Assembly: GCA_043228905.1 (NCBI GenBank)
Contig: JBHGNT010000021.1
Location: 8,122,001 to 8,186,000 of the forward strand
Length of the DNA: 64,000 bases
Direction: 5' to 3'
DNA from: Azolla caroliniana
Taxonomy: Eukaryota > Plantae > Polypodiophyta
The position numbers and the translations under genes were made by a program. The notes beneath the pieces were generated by a model. That model did not search any database. It was not told the DNA's origin and saw only the letters and a list, made by a program, of their open reading frames with translations. Every line of letters begins with the position of its first letter. Positions within the stretch are counted from its first letter, which is position 1. Shown here piece by piece: positions 35,199-48,226 of the stretch.

Positions 35199-36051
35199 AG
35201 CTTATGAGGGGAGAGGAGAAGGAAGAAGAGAACTTGTTAGGGTTTGTGGAAGACGAAGAGATGAAAGGGGAAAAATTGGTTCAAACTGTCAAGACTGAGA
35301 GAGAGAAAGAGAGAGAAAAAGAGATAGAGAGATAATTGAAAGAGAATTATTATATTGAAGCGTAAAATGGATTACAAAGAGTAGGCTACAAAATGGCGTT
35401 GAACCAATTTAGGTTTGGGATGGGTGGTAGATCCCTATTTATAAGTAATAGAGAACTCTCTAGAATATTCTAGGTTATCCTAGAATGTAGAGTAATCTAG
35501 AAGATCTCTAGAGTATTCTAGAAGGTTCTAGTGGTATAGAACACTCTAGAATATTCTAGGTCATTCTAGAATGTAGAGTAATATAGAATATTCATATGAT
35601 ATTAGATTTCATATTCTAGAGACTATAAGAATATTAATACAATGGTTAAGGATTTGACATGTGTACAACAAGGTCGTGGGTTCAAATCCTTTCGAGTCAT
35701 AATGTGAGTGTCATGATCCTTTCGATGCATGATGTGACTGTTATCATGACACCTAGAAGCCATGGCTAGGGCACTCTCTACATTGGAACCCACATCAAGA
35801 CCCTTTGACCCCCCACTTCTTTTCGAGAGGCTTGGGTGGAAATAAAATTAGGCTTAGTGTATAGTCACTTTCGAGTATACTACATATTGTACACTACTAG
35901 AACTCTTTTAGTTTAAGTTCTATTTTTTTTACTTAATTTTATTTTTAGTTATTTTTAGTTATGATGACTGGATAAATACTCTATTGTTGTAAACCAATTG
36001 TCTCATGGGCCAAATTTGGCCTTAGAAGACGTTAATACATCTTTCTTTCTT

Positions 36052-36099
<48 letters not shown>

Positions 36100-36103
<4 letters not shown>

Positions 36104-39100
36104 CAAGTAATGACCTATGGGACTGTAAGTGCTTCACGATTGAAAGTAATGTTTTGGAATTGTAGAGGATATCCATGGAATAAGGGTTTAGGACTCAATG
36201 ATGTAGCTCAAGGTATGGATATTATATTTTTGGTTGAAACATGGGAGCATGAGGCAAAGCGTATACCTAAGATAGACGGTTACCTCATAAAATCGATATG
36301 GCCTCACTCCAAAGGGAATATTGGGTGTGTCGGGATAGTGTGTATCTACCACGAGAGCTTAGATAATTCTATCAAAGTATGCAAATATGATGACTATAAG
36401 AGATACATATGGATAGAGGTTAATTTGGGGAAAGAGAAGTTGTATATAGTTGCATGTTATATTCCTCACAAAGACTCAAACTACTATAGTAGGTTTGGGT
36501 TAGATTGTGATGATCCTTTTACAGAGTTATGCCATGATATACTTTCATTTGAGAAGCTTGGTAAAGTTTTAATTATGGGAGACTTCAATGCAAGAGTTGG
36601 AAATTTCCAAAACGTGGAGACATTTGAAGAAAATGTAGTAGAACATTGTCTATTGCGTGACTTAGAGGATTGTGTCATGTCACATTATGGAAAACTTTTG
36701 ATACATATGCTAAATTGCACAAACTTGATTATCCTAAATGGTATAAAGGCATTCCATTGACAAATGTGCTTACATGTTTACCATCCTCGGGTGGAGGAAG
36801 TGTGGTTGATTATGCATTAATGTTGGCATGTGATCTATCATTGGTGAATGTGTTTAAAGTTGGTTCTCTATCTCCAGACTCAGACCACAAGCCATTGTAC
36901 TTGGAGCTTGCAATTCCACATTCCACTAGATGTCGTGAAGTGAAAGACGAAAAGAGATGTACCATCCGACCTTGCTACAAAAAAGCTAAGATGTATGCAA
37001 ATGAAGTGGAGAACCATTTGTTAAATTTTTCTCTAAGCAACGATGTTAAAGAAAATTGGCAACATTTGAAGGATATAATCCTTAAGGTTGGATGTCAATG
37101 CTTTAAGAGACATGTGGGTGGGCATAAGGTGTGTAGTTTTCCATGTAATTCTTGGTTCGACGATGAATGTAAGATGTATCTCAAATGGTTTAAGTCCATA
37201 GAAGGATGAAAATATTGTTGCATGGCACATATACAAGAAAGTAGTGAGGAGAAAGAAAAGAAGATATTTCCAAATGCAAGAGATGAAAAAGAAAAACTTG
37301 TTTAAGCTCAAACCAAAATTAGCATGGGGACAACTCAAGGGTAAGAAAGAAAATGTGAAAGATCACTTTACAAATGAAGAGATGCTAGACTATGTACAAA
37401 GGTTATATATGCATGAAGGTGTGGTTCCTATGGTTGAGAAAATTGAAACTCCATGCACTACATGTATCGATATTGATGATGTCAATAAGGAAATAAAGAA
37501 AATGGCAAGTGGTAAAGCAGCAAATTTAACCTACGTCTCAAGTGAGCTTTTAAAATGGAAAATGCCACACACTCGTCATTGGATAATGACAATTTTAGAG
37601 CAAGCTATAAAACAAGGATTTCCAAATGATTGGCTTATGAATTGGATTAAACCAATATTTAAAGGCGGAGATAAGAATCAAGTAGCAAATTATCGTACAA
37701 TAATGGTGAGCTCAACTATTGCTAAATTATATAGTACTATTATGGAGCAAAAGATAAGCACATGGGCTGAGAGTAGAAGCAAAAGAGCACTTGGGCAAGC
37801 CGGATTTAGACCAAAACATTCCACCATGGATCATTTGGTCCCATTAAGAGTAATAATGGAAGAGAGTCAACTACAAGGAAAAACACTTTATTGTTGTTTT
37901 GTTGATTTCAAGAAAGCTTTTGATACCGTACCACGAACTGAGCTTTGGAATAGAATGGTAGACATTGACATGCCATTAGAGTACCGAGTTGCGGTTGCAC
38001 GCCTATATGAACAAGTTAAATGCCAACTAAAAATGGATAGTGGATTCTCAAAGAGTTTTTTAAGTAACATGTGGGTCAAGCAAGGATGTCCACTATCACC
38101 CACACTCTTTGGCTTATGTATTGATAAATTAGAAGAAGTGGTGAATAAGGTTGCAAGAGAAGAAGGATTGAATGGCCCCAATTTGATGCAACATGTTATC
38201 TTATTGCTTCTATATGCAGATGATGTGGTACTCTTCTCATATGATGTTGATAGTATGCAAGATTTACTTGGGGTATTAGAAGAATTTTGCCATAGTAGTG
38301 GACTAGCAGTGAATGTGGAGAAAACAAAAATGATGGTAGTGCAAACCATCCAACCTCATCATTACCCTATGCTCACATATAAAGGTGAACATATACAATT
38401 TGTTCAAAGCTTTAAATATCTTGGTATTGATGTACCCGCCACAAATAAATGGAGTGCATGCTTTGATTCTAGACTCCAAGCCGGTTGGAAATCATATTAC
38501 CTTTTGGAGAACCAAAGCAACCAAAGTGATACTTGTGGATGGGAAGTAAAATTAATGTTGTTCAATGCCATGGTAACTCAAGTATTGCTTTATGGAGTAG
38601 AAGTATGGGGTGGCACCATCTCTCTTAATCCATGGAACGAGATTGAGAAAATTCAAAAGATGTTTTTAAGGAGGCAATTAGGAGTTAAATGCACTACCAC
38701 TTACCAGGTTATGCTCTTGGAAACGGGTGTTCAACCCATAGAACTATTGGCACTCCAAACAGTATATAAATACATTACAAAAGTCAAGAATATGCCGAAT
38801 CATCGATTACCACATCTTTCTTGGAATGTTGGATTTAACCTACAAAAGAATCATAAAAGTAAGATTCTCTCATCTGGTCGGGTTGTTGACATAAAGAAAT
38901 GGTTTAGAAGATGGGGTGTGGATGATCTTTTAGAGCATTCAGGCAATGCTATGCAATATGTAATGATTGAGGAAAGGTTGGTGGAATCATTAAGGATGAA
39001 GTGGGAGGATGCTAAGAGGACAAAGCTAGAATACTACATTGCAAATCTCAACCCTGAATGTTGGTCTCAATATAAAGCAAGAATGTCTATTGATCGTATC

Positions 39101-39568
39101 CAACCTTATCTCATTACCAATATGAGTAGCAATACTCGTAGAGCCCTTCCACTACTTCGCACTCAATCTCACAAGTTAGGTATTGAAGTTGCATCATGGT
39201 ATCAAAATGTAACGAATTTGAAGACATGTAAAGTATGCAATGAAGGCATGGTAGAGGATGAATGTCACTTGCTCTTCACATGCTCAACATATAGTGCAAT
39301 TCGTTCAAGATATGTTGACATACTAAGCGGGAGTGATAACTTACAATCCATACTTAAGGCACCACCTAGAAGGTTGAGCTCATATGTGTATGCTTTATTA
39401 ACACATAGAGACTTTGTGCTTCAACATATGAATACCCCTTCTTAGGAAGGAGACATATATCAAGAACACATGTATACTCTGGTCCCATAGGTCAAAATTG
39501 GCCTCTTTATGGACGATAAAAATTCTAATTCTAATTCTAATTCTCTCTCTCTCTCTCTCTCTCTCTCT
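36100..39568 (+). mobile_element. LINE-b (RTE-X-like), 5'-truncated just upstream of ORF2, flanked by (CT)n on both sides
   Basis: ORF2 pieces 36110-36760, 36670-37209, 37244-39445 (FWNCRG, GDFNAR, SDH, KQGCPLSPTLF, YADD, CKVC..H..C); 3' stem-loop 39482-39514. Confidence 0.92.
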
Positions 39569-42246
39569 AGTGGTATGCATATCCTTGAAAACCTTAATGC
39601 CATAGGTTTGAGTTTGGAATGATGGATCGAACGTACATTCATTATAAAAGCGTTTACTAATTCATTTGTCTACAATTAGCCAACACTTGTCTACAAGAAA
39701 AAGCCTTTACTAATTCATTTCACTTACTTTGTGATCATTACACCAACATTTAGTTAATACTTTTTCGCCCAGGAAAAAGGCTTTATAAATCTATTTCCAA
39801 AAGTTGTGGTTGGAAACAATCATGTTGCCTCGTTTAAAAACAATGATGCCAATCACATAATTTGAGTATAGATAGGACTAGCCAATACACATGTGAGAAT
39901 GGTAAGAGATTGAAGCACAAATATAGTCAATCAATAAAGGAGCAATCTAGCCAATCAACTCAATTTGTATCTCCATCTCCATCCAATCAATCTTTCAATT
40001 TCCAAACCATGCAAGTGCTAGCTCTAGAGAGGGAGAGAGAAGAGTGAAACAAAAGATGTCCAAAGAGGGGAAGTAGCATGAGCAAAGTGGGAGTTGCTAA
40101 TCAATGATACAAGAAATTGCAAATTTGGGTTTGCATGATTTATTTACTTTTACTTTGGTGACATCAGTGATGGGACTTTCTTACATCGACAATTTATGTA
40201 AATGCATTTCACAAAATGCAGAATCTACACACACACAATAATACCTTTTACACAATGTCAACTTTTAAGTTATGATTCCAACACGACATGTTTTTTGAGG
40301 ATGCCCTTTTCTCTTCTCCATATTTCTTGTAGGTAATGAGAATGGGGACACAAAGACAAATTGTCATATTATCTAGGAAGCACAAAATGCATGTTGCGGC
40401 TAGGCTCATGTCAACAAGTCAATAACGTCTTTTATGGCTTTTGGGCATCCATTCTCAGATAATAAAATTTAATATTATAAAACTTTTGGACATGTTCCTT
40501 TTCGACAAAACCTCAACATCTTTGGATCTTTACAACATTACTTGAGCATCAACCTAAATGTATGTAACCAATCTCTCCCAAACTTTTAGTTTTTACAAGA
40601 ATTGTCCAAATTCTTTTCCTTTTCATTTATTGTGCCATTTTTTCAAGCCACATTGTTGCCTCAACTTTTAACCACACTACCTATTCTTTGAAGTAAATAA
40701 AGCATTTTCTACTCCTAATTATGTTCTTATTATTCATCTATATTTGAGGTGCCACATTTAGTTCTTAATCCAAAATGTGATATTCTCCACTAATTTAGTC
40801 ATCAGCCATGAATATATTTTGCCATTTAGTAGAACGTATCTTTTTACACCAATGAAACTACATCGGAATCGCACAATAGCATAATGGGATCCTAATAGGG
40901 TTGACCCATGGCAAGACAAATAACTTACTAACGATGGATACTTATTAAATGTTGATGAAAATATAGTGAAGTGGTATGATTCATGATGTATCTCTTACTC
41001 TACCTAACACCATAGGTAACATCAACATATCTCACCAAGTTATGCCATGTAAAAAAAGTGTAAGATACTTGTTGAATAAACCAAATTGCAAAAGATGAAG
41101 GCGACTACTTGCAGCATATTTTGTTTGGGGTGGATGGGGGTGGGGGTGGCGACTTCATTGAGATTTGAGAAGTGGATAGGACAATGGTGAATATAGACGT
41201 ACAAACTCTCAAATTTGTTCTTGGGAGGAAAAGCATGGATATGGGGGAATCTCATAGTAAAAATATTGGGCATAATCAAAGAAGGGGACAGCTAGAGGAG
41301 GCAAAGTAGTTTGAAAGTTGAATTTTACATATGTACGACACGAGTGGTTTGGACGAACTTAACACTTAACAATAATAACACAAGCTTATAGAACACCTCT
41401 TCACTTACTATTCGATTCTCTCGAAAGAGACACTTACACACTCTTCCTTATATTATTTACTCCACGCAACACTAGGGAGACAGGTGTGTCCCACACACAC
41501 GCAGAGACGAGTTATTGAAGGCCAGCTATGATAATAGTGGTGGTAGTTGTAGTAGTAGTACTATATGGGAACCTAGATATCTACAATCATGACATATCAT
41601 ATATGTCGAGTATTATTGGATCGTCGACATTTCTGCTAGACTTAACGATACCAAGGGAAGGGGGAAGGGGGAAGGGGGAAGGGGGGATTAATGTTATATG
41701 CAAAACAATGTCATTTTCGCAACCAATTGTCGCTGGGACGGGATGTAAAATGAGGAAAAAGAGATTGTAAAGACAACTGAACCTAACTATTTAAACCATT
41801 TAAGCCGTTAAGTCGTTAAGCTGCGAAATGCTGAACCAAACCGCTTAAACCGTTAAGCCGCGGTTTGTGGTTCGGTTCGGTTCAATTGCCTACTTTCATG
41901 ACCAAAATGCTTCCCACCCATATATAACACAAATGCCTACTTTCAAACCGAACCGTTGCCAATTTCCTGCTTTCATGACCAAAATGCTTCCCATATATAA
42001 CACAAATTCACCTCTAATTCTTCCCCATCATTCATTATACTTCCAATGACAACTTGAATCTCTAATTTAGGTGACCCAATTGTAAGCTAGTATAACTTGA
42101 CATCTAGGACAAACCCTAAAAAGACCTTAAAAAACCCTAGGGCACCATGATTTTGTATAGCAATGTAGGTAGGAGGGGGAGGAGGAGAGACCATGATGAT
42201 ATATGATCATTCAGTCATGCTTGGTTTAGCTTCAATATAGCAATTC

Positions 42247-43254
42247 ATGAAGAGGAATACTGAATCTGCTACTCCTACCACAAGAAGCGGTGATTCTAAT
42301 ACTAGTAGCAGTAGATACAATAAGGTAGTGAATCTACCGCCATGGCACCAAACTAGTAGCAGTGGGAGTAGTAGTAGTAGTAGTAGTAGTAACACTGCTC
42401 CTACTGCTCGTCATCATAATGATGAGAATGAGAACACCATGAATGCTAACATTAGTAATGACAGTTATGGGAGGAGGATCAAAGTGTATGTGATCTATTA
42501 CCTGAGTAGAGGTCATGGACAATCCATAGATCCACCACATTTGCTCCAAGGGTACCTCGATTACAGCTCCGCAGGCCAAAGCGATGGTGGCCTTCGATTA
42601 AGAGGTATGAATCAGTCCATCCATTCATTCATTCATTCATTCATTCATTCATTGGCATCATCGATCCCTTCCATGGTCTGCATCTAAAGGTTTTCTGAGT
42701 TCCTCTTCTTTGGAATTGAATGGATGATTTTAGATTTCAAGAAGTGGTTGGGTGCACTGCGAGGGGAAAGTGTGGCGGATGCCTTTGCGTGGTCTTACAA
42801 GAGGAGGTATAAGGATGGGTTCATATGGCATGACTTGGGCGGAGACAATGACCACATCCAGCCATTACAGTTACTACTGCATCATGACCATGACCAGACA
42901 GGCATCACCACCACCACTGAATATGTTCTCATGGGCTCTGAATTAATCATACATCCACATCATCATCATCATCATCATCAAGGTAATAATACCCTGCAAT
43001 CCATTGACTATATCTTACAAATATTCATGAATCATAATGGGATTATAGGGATGACTATATCCGAGAAATATTCATGAATCATACTAAGTCCATGGCCCAT
43101 TTCTCCTTTTTGCAGACATAGAATTGTCAGGTTCCAAAAGGAGTAAATGGGGGCCAGGAGGAGGAGCCATGAATAATGCAATACAAGTCCAAGTGATGAA
43201 TAACTACAACATGGATGTAGGGACACAAACAGGAGAGAGCAGGAGGTGTTCCAT

Positions 43255-43287
<33 letters not shown>

Positions 43288-46200
43288 CCATGGTGTCATC
43301 AATGATAATGATGATGATGATGATGATTATGGGGTCATGAATGATGATGATGATGATGGTGATGAGGCCATTACAAATTACCACAATGGACGCCACATGC
43401 TTCATATTTCTAGAGCTAGCCATCGTTGTCGCCATGGTCCCATCACTAGTTTGAGTGGCCTCGCTACCGCCATTCCGTCTACTAGTGTTAGCGCGCACAC
43501 TAGCGTGATTAGTGGTAGCGGCATTAATCTTGTTTCGGATCGGAACCGCGCGCTAAATGAGGCCGCACCTAGGATTAATCTTGTTTCGGGACGGAACCAC
43601 GTGCTTAATGAGGCCACAGCTAGGATTAATCTTGTTTCGGATCGGAACCACGTGCTAAATGAGGCCACACCGAGGATTAATGCTCTTTCGGATCCGAACA
43701 ATGAGGCCACACCTAGGATTAATGTTCTTTCGGACCCGAATCGCACGCTAAATGAGGCCACACCGAGGATTAATGTTCTTTTGGATCGGAACCACGTGCT
43801 CAATGAGGCGATATCGAGGATTAAAGTCAACAATAACAATGCGAACGATAAAAAACATCATCATCATCATCAAGATCAAGGGCATAGATGTGTTCGGCAT
43901 GCTCATCATGGGAGTGCGATATTGAGGCAACTACTCACGTGCAGCAATGTCGATGTGGTGCGCAAGACCGACGAAGTGATGATGAGCTACATGAGCTCGC
44001 ATAGTAGCGGCCATTGCGACAGCATTCTCGACACGAGTAGCACACCGAGGAGCATAAGTAGTTCTCGTAGCAACAACATGACCACGACCACCAAGTGCCA
44101 TGCCAAATTTTTCCCTCATGTGAGTAGTGTAAACAAAATAAAGGACTATGTTTTGTAGACCAAACTACACTTTCAGTATAGATAGATGTATATAAAGGGA
44201 GAATAATATTGCCTCGAATTTTGTGTAAAATGTAGTCTAAGAAAAGTGGGAGCCCGGTGCTAGGAGCCCTAGGCAATCGTACGGCTAGCTTCCCATCGAG
44301 CCCATATTGGAAATGCAATCCTGGTGCACTTATACTCCACTCAACACGCCGACGAAATGGGACTAGTTTATTAGGCTCCATGAGTCGTGACGCAACGAGC
44401 ACAATTGCCACCACCTTTTCTGATACTGGATCCACAAGGCCTAGTTGTGAAAATAAACTAAGAGACAATTACGACGATGTTAACGAACGCGGTAGCATTC
44501 GACATGCATTCGCCAACACAAACCATACAAACAACTTATATAACAACCTTCAATCACATGGTTCGTGTCACTCCCCCAAGTTGAGTGTGTGCTCCTCCTC
44601 CACTTCTAGAAGGTAACTAAAAATAACTACCTTGTATTCATTTTATTTCATTTTCTTTGGTCATCTAGCTTGTCCTTAAGAATCTAAGATACATGTGAAT
44701 ACTACGGGACATAGGGCTCACTAAGGAAGCATAGTTTACACGTTCATCTTGTTTTATCACATAAGCATAATGAACTGAATCCTTCTCTGCCAAATTTCCC
44801 CTTCTTTTGGCATGAACAACAAGATTGCTTATGTTAGAAAACAAATAATACCTATTGGTACCCACACTAGCAAAGCACCACAACTACACATCACTTTTTA
44901 ACAAGCAAAGTGTATCCCCTCTATGCACAAGAGTCAATGACTAGGGGGGTTCCACATCCCTATCAAGAAACATTATTGCTAGGAATCATTATGATATCCA
45001 ATCGTTTTCTTCTCTACACTCACTGGTGTGTAATCAACTTATAATTATAAAAAAAACTTAGTAGCCCTCAATGGACTTCTACAAAATTACCTCAACTATG
45101 AAGTAATAAAAAAAGTGATAAGAATGATGAAAATACATGATATAACAGGGTCCAATGGGCTCAGTTGACAATGTGGTGCCTTATCGTTTGTTATGGAATC
45201 TACATACATTTATATTGATGACAATCTTCAACTATAGAAGAGCAAACACCAGACCTAATGCTAGAGTATCTTCGTTCTTGATAGCGATACAACAAATCTA
45301 TACATGCTTTCTAAATTGAAACATATCCAATGACCAAGCTTTGATAGGTAAGCCTATTTAGAACCCATCATCCTCTAACCTAGTCATATGACTAATAAAA
45401 TGGTTGTCAATTTTGTAACACTTGCCTCAAACCTAGCTTTGAGAGAGTAAGTGCTAACTTTGATGATTTATCTCAATAACTGAATACTTAAATAGTTTAA
45501 AACGAAAAATGTTTTGCATTATTGATAATGTCTATGAGTCACAACTATGCAATCGAATATATGATGTTTAGTTTCCATGTTGCGAACAAGGATTTTTACA
45601 ACGAGAAATGTTTTTCCTTAAACTAACTAGATAGCCACTATGTGAAAATTTCCATTGCATGTGTCAATTTTCGATAATATGTTCCTGTTGTGATTGATTT
45701 GCAGCTTCAAAAGAAAATTCTATTAATCCCTATATTCCATTAGGCTGATTATGCCGTAGCCTTGAGAACTTATTCACTTGACTTCTCCTAAGTAATATAT
45801 AAATTGGCGTGAATGAATCTAAATTGTTTATACGCAAATCATGAAGGTAAAAAAACATCATCAGATTTGTAATGTTTTAATTGTGTGCGAACCCTCATAA
45901 ACATGCTGATTTTTGAGGTGGTTGAAACCTAGATTTCACAATAAAAAACGTTTATATGATGATGTGTGCACGCTTCTTATAAAACATTCTATAGTCATAA
46001 CAGTTGGGTGAATGCATAAACCAATATTTATTTATGTGTGTAATTGATTTCTAGGATATACCATACCCCAAAAAGGAGTTACATATTTACAGTTTCTACA
46101 AAGATTTAAACAATCCATCTACCATAGTAATAGTTACAATCTTTGAAAATTGAAAATAGTAGAAACTATTGGCTTGTTTTGATTGCTTGAGTATGTACTA

Positions 46201-48226
46201 TTGTCCATATAAGTAACAATTTTGGACTATTTCAAGCGTACAAATAGTATTTACTCTTCTCTCTAATTTAGTAGCAAACTTCTTTTCATAGGGTATGGTA
46301 AAAATTGGGACTTTATTACGAACATTAGGAGAAAAGGAATGTCACTATACGCATGGTTGATTATTTCTTCTTGCAAACTTCAAGTTGAAGGTTAGTTTTT
46401 GAAATGATTTGTTGTCGGGAAATTGTTAGCAAAGTGTCACAAAAGTTTGTCAATGACTCAAGAATAGCTTGCCATGAGACGTACAGTCAAAGCTTTAGAC
46501 TTTAATCCAAAACAATATGTACCAAAGTTTACCACTTTTATAGGATAGACACATACATAGGCTTCAAAATGGTTAATAGGAAAACGAAAGGAAAAATCGC
46601 AAGGATTTGATATCAAGAATCTCTTGGACCTAATGTGTGTTTGGAACCTCGGGCTTTCATCAATATGCAATGACTACTTCACCAATTAAGGCTAAACATA
46701 TAGTTATTTAAGCTTTTCATCCTCATGTAGCCATGAAAAATCTTTGTACATTGTCAAACATGATGAAGCCTAGGTGCACCAATTAAGAATATGAGATTGA
46801 CTAATGCAAAAACTTTGTAATATCCTTCAATTTGTTTGGAAGTATTTGATTTCCATTGAATCAACTTGACAAACCCTCTTGACTGATTATATGTGATATT
46901 GTAGCAATCATATGGTTAATCTATCAGCAATTATACGACTAATTTGTCCTTTCTCTCTTTAAGAAGGGTCAAACAAGGGAATTTCGATAAGTAACAAGAC
47001 CTAAAGGCTCCAATGAGTACTATTATTTATAATTCAAGTACATTTTTATAGTATATTTTGTTCGTTGTTAACATTTAATGCTTTAAGATTGGAATGGGAT
47101 GAACCACCATTATCTTATACAAATATTCGGCATTGATAACCTCTTTTCCAAGTAAAGCTATCATTAAGACCATATCATCATATTTGTTTTGAGGTAGCAT
47201 GGATGTGGATGTACGGTATTCCAATTATATTCTAGTGTTGTGAATGCTAACCATTTTGTGTAGTAAGCATTCTAGTGTTAATCTTCATTTGTGAATTTAC
47301 CTATAGAAAGGCTTCTTGGTGGTACATTGATCAACTTGGCAACTTGAAAAGGTGAGAGCTACAAATTTATCTCTCATCCAAGTGTGAATCCAATGTTGTT
47401 TTTACAAGCATGTCAATCTGTAAAGGGAATGCCATCCTTAACCTTCTCTTGGTTCATGGATAATTTTCTTCATTTATTTAGAGGTAACCCAAAAGATTGA
47501 ATAGCCTTTTGATTGTTGCTCTAAACTTGAGTTGTCCATATTTAGAGATTTCATTTATTAGGCCAAATTGAAAAAAGTTTTGTGGACTATATCTCAACAA
47601 AATATCCTTTTTTATTTACATCACTTTGTTTAATTTAGGTTGGATTGTGACACCTTCGAATAATGTTATACAAATGATACATTATGTACAATGTAGAAAT
47701 TGTTTGAATAAATATACTGATAATACTTTCTCACTCTTTACTTTTTGCTAGGAGTTCAATAAGAGAGAGTGATATGGGAGATCATCAACATCATGTGGAA
47801 ACTGAGGGAATAACATTAAGAGAGATAGTTAATGGGCCTAGTCGAAGGAAAGGATCAAAGTCTATTAGTGGGAAACCGACAATGAGCTTGCATGAATCCA
47901 TTATGAATGAGATTCGATGCAATCGTTTATCAGAAAAAACAACCGATCATAAGACAATGAGGGCCATTAGTAATAACACGTCTTCTAAAATTTCAACACC
48001 TCATCATGATGACAATCACCAAGAAGAAGAAGAAATGATGATGATGATGAATAATTATATGACGATGAATGATGATGACATAAGGGGAGAAGAACAAGAA
48101 AATGGATATGGATCACTTCATAATCATGTAAAAAGCTCTAACAATTCATGGAGAGACCTTATGTTTTGGTCCCCTCGTTTCAACCATAAGTTAGATAAGC
48201 GTGGTGACAATCGGTGTTTCTCATAA
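42247..48226 (+). CDS. SOK: SOSEKI-family polarity protein (DIX-like/DUF966); exons 42247-42604, 42734-42982, 43116-44119, 44236-44612, 47752-48226
   Basis: VYVIYYLSR..PH..GLRLRDFKKWLGALRG..FAWSYKRRYKDGFIWHDL..EYVLMGSELI matches the DUF966 consensus; DVGTQT and LRQLLTC motifs; all four GT-AG introns are phase-compatible (1,1,0,2). The last two exons are less certain. Confidence 0.85.
43520..43822 (+). repeat. Coding 51-bp (17-aa) minisatellite, ~6 copies, in SOSEKI exon 3
   Basis: RINLVSDRNHVLNEATP units at 43520, 43571, 43622, 43673 (42 bp), 43715, 43766. Confidence 0.95.

Larger units (their letters stand above)
29979..35751 (-). mobile_element. Tcn1-like chromovirus H, apparently intact
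   Basis: 465-bp LTRs 29979-30443 and 35287-35751 with no mismatch seen, TSD CCTAG, open gag and pol. Confidence 0.97.
19543..36099 (+). mobile_element. Near full-length non-LTR retrotransposon LINE-a (RTE-X-like), split by chromoviruses G and H
   Basis: ORF1 19754-20569; ORF2 (EN-RT-CCHC) in pieces 20570-20886, 26646-29978, 35757-35845; 3' stem-loop 36000-36030; (CTTT)n(CT)n tail. Clade assignment is inferred from the RISSHQLEIENGR..CRLC..EDEYHF..C C-terminus. Confidence 0.88.
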
